Below are positions 25,896-27,347 of a stretch of 27,347 nucleotides of DNA, piece by piece. Below the pieces are notes generated by a model that saw nothing but the letters and a program-made list of their open reading frames with translations, was not told the DNA's origin and searched no databases. The stretch is taken from assembly GCA_030621685.1 (NCBI GenBank), contig JAUXHF010000001.1, positions 1-27,347 of the forward strand. The letters are read 5' to 3'. The first letter of the stretch is position 1, and every line of letters starts with the position of its first letter. Source of the stretch: Spirochaetota bacterium. GTDB lineage: Bacteria > Spirochaetota > UBA12135 > COTS27. The position numbers and the translations under genes were made by a program.

Positions 25896-26474
25896 ATGAA
25901 AAAAATACTTCTCTCACTCGGGTCTAATATAGGCAATAAAAAAGAAAACTTAGAAAACGTTATTTCATATATTCAAGAAAAGTTTTCTATCATAGCTATC
26001 TCGGATATATTCGAAACAAGCCCAGTAGACTTGCTTCAGCAAGCAGATTTTTTCAACCTCTGCTTACTTGCCGAAACCACTATGAGCTTAGAAGAAAGTT
26101 TTCTTTTCCTTCAGGAAATAGAAGAAAAAATGGGACGTGTCCCATGTTCTAAACGAGGCCCAAAAGGACCTAGGATTATTGATATTGATATTATTTTTTA
26201 TAATCGACAAAGCACGTTAACCACGGTAGATGGAAAGACGCTTATTGTCCCCCATCCTAGCTATTCCAAAAGGCTTTTTGTTCTAGCTCCAATGAGAGAT
26301 ATTGAGCTACAAACACAAACAGAGTTTCGTCATCCCATTACAAGGCAGAGTGTAAGACGTTATATTGAACAACTAAAGCAGACCGAGCAGCATGGTGATG
26401 ACATCCAAAAGGTGCAAAAACTTAGCTCTAAAATCAAAATCACTCGCCCTCGCCAATCAGCTATGATATTCTAG
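25896..26474 (+). CDS. folK: 2-amino-4-hydroxy-6-hydroxymethyldihydropteridine diphosphokinase
   Basis: LSLGSNIG, FETSP, FFNLC, IEEKMGR, GPRIIDIDI, PHP....RLFVLAP. Confidence 0.95.
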   Translation: MKKILLSLGSNIGNKKENLENVISYIQEKFSIIAISDIFETSPVDLLQQADFFNLCLLAETTMSLEESFLFLQEIEEKMGRVPCSKRGPKGPRIIDIDIIFYNRQSTLTTVDGKTLIVPHPSYSKRLFVLAPMRDIELQTQTEFRHPITRQSVRRYIEQLKQTEQHGDDIQKVQKLSSKIKITRPRQSAMIF

Positions 26475-26561
26475 CATGAGAATCACGCCTGCTATGCTTA
26501 AAGATAAAAGCTAAGGCTAAGCAAAAACATCTTATTTCAGTTTATTCAAGGCTACATTTGT

Positions 26562-27347
26562 TTAAGCCCCGCCTAATTGATACTGCTTAAGCTGCACAGA
26601 GCTAAATTTTAGTTCAAGAAGTTTTTTGTTAATCGTTTTGAAATCTTTTTGTAGCACAGGCAAAAGCCGAGCCTCTATTTCAATGCCAGCTTTCAGTTTA
26701 GGCAGCAAGCGCACGCGCAGATTCTTGGGAGCATAACTTTTATAGAAGTTATTCAAATAGGCTTCGGCTTGTTCAACAAGTAAAAGTCTTTCTTTGGTTA
26801 CAGGAATTCTATGGGCTATCCGAGAGGCTAGGCATGGGCTTGCTGGTTTTTGAAAGTTTGGTAAGCCCAATTTTTCTGCTAAGGCGCGGACATCTTTTTT
26901 GGCAAAGCCGGCTATTTGCAAGGGGCTACGCACGCCATGCACAGAGGCGGCCTGCATGCCCGGGCGATATTCGTTCATGTCATCAAGATTAGCGCCATTA
27001 AAAATAACTTCAGCATCAAAGCTTTTTTTTAAGGGCAGCATAGCCTCATACAAGGTCTGCTTGCAGTAATAACAACGCTGTTTTGTGTTGGCCACGTAGT
27101 CCCAGTTGGCTAGCTCAGAGGTTTCTATGAGCTGGAGTTGCATAGAGAAAAGCCGACAAAAATCTTTGGCTAGTCGTAGATCGTCACGTTTCAAACTGGC
27201 CGAATCTGCAAGAACAGCCAGCGCCCGCTCTCCCAATTCAGTAGCGCTGATAAAGGCTACGAGGGCAGAATCAACTCCGCCAGAAAACGCTGTTAGCGTT
27301 TTAGAAAAACCCTTTATGTAGTTACGTAGTTTTTCTTCTTTATTTAT
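26562..27347 (-). CDS. larE: LarE-family ATP-dependent sulfur insertase (nickel-pincer cofactor family); 5' end lies outside the window
   Basis: The frame is open to the window edge and adds PP-loop AFSGGVDS upstream of the tracked ORF; also RCYYCK, GANLDD..EYRPG, KPASPCLASRI. Confidence 0.9.
   Translation of the reverse strand: MNKEEKLRNYIKGFSKTLTAFSGGVDSALVAFISATELGERALAVLADSASLKRDDLRLAKDFCRLFSMQLQLIETSELANWDYVANTKQRCYYCKQTLYEAMLPLKKSFDAEVIFNGANLDDMNEYRPGMQAASVHGVRSPLQIAGFAKKDVRALAEKLGLPNFQKPASPCLASRIAHRIPVTKERLLLVEQAEAYLNNFYKSYAPKNLRVRLLPKLKAGIEIEARLLPVLQKDFKTINKKLLELKFSSVQLKQYQLGGA

Noticed and set aside
9555-27321. The many 60-150-aa ORFs overlapping aceE, aceF, lpdA, mutY, DMT, hisI, the fusion gene, the FNR gene, spoIID and larE
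   Set aside because: They lie antisense or out of frame within well-supported genes. 15177-15440 and 15437-15619 are just alternative frames running through the lpdA end and its echo.
22029-27347. CbiX-like protein acting as nickel insertase for the LarE pathway
   Set aside because: The genes are about 4 kb apart in different transcription units, and LarC is the established Ni insertase; nothing in the sequence links them.

Overview
A 27.3-kb AT-rich (roughly 38-39% GC by eye) bacterial chromosomal segment made mostly of housekeeping genes: glnE (partial), maf, a GT2 glycosyltransferase, speD, lspA, an MscS-family channel, aceE-aceF-lpdA, mutY, a DMT transporter, hisI-folE2, a DedA/TVP38-flavoprotein disulfide reductase fusion, a cbiX-like chelatase plus an FNR-type reductase, ruvB-spoIID-folK and larE (partial). 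I found no rRNA, tRNA, CRISPR array, integrase, transposase or reverse transcriptase. Taxonomy cannot be fixed from the window; a few hypothetical proteins resemble ones I recall from spirochaetes (inference only). Most notable: (1) intergenic spaces are repeatedly filled by decayed tandem copies ('echoes') of the adjacent gene's own terminus (lpdA 3', mutY 3' and 5', DedA-fusion 3', 69-aa ORF 3', possibly folE2 3'), alongside many 6-33-bp tandem repeats; (2) an atypical sigma70-like protein whose region 4 appears split by a ~100-aa insert, lying between lspA and a 69-aa ORF; (3) a Cys-to-Asp HisI variant paired with Zn-independent FolE2 behind a palindrome with 12-bp arms, a candidate zinc-starvation unit; (4) about 7-fold over-representation of the palindrome GCTAGC. 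All alignments and counts were done by hand and need computational confirmation.
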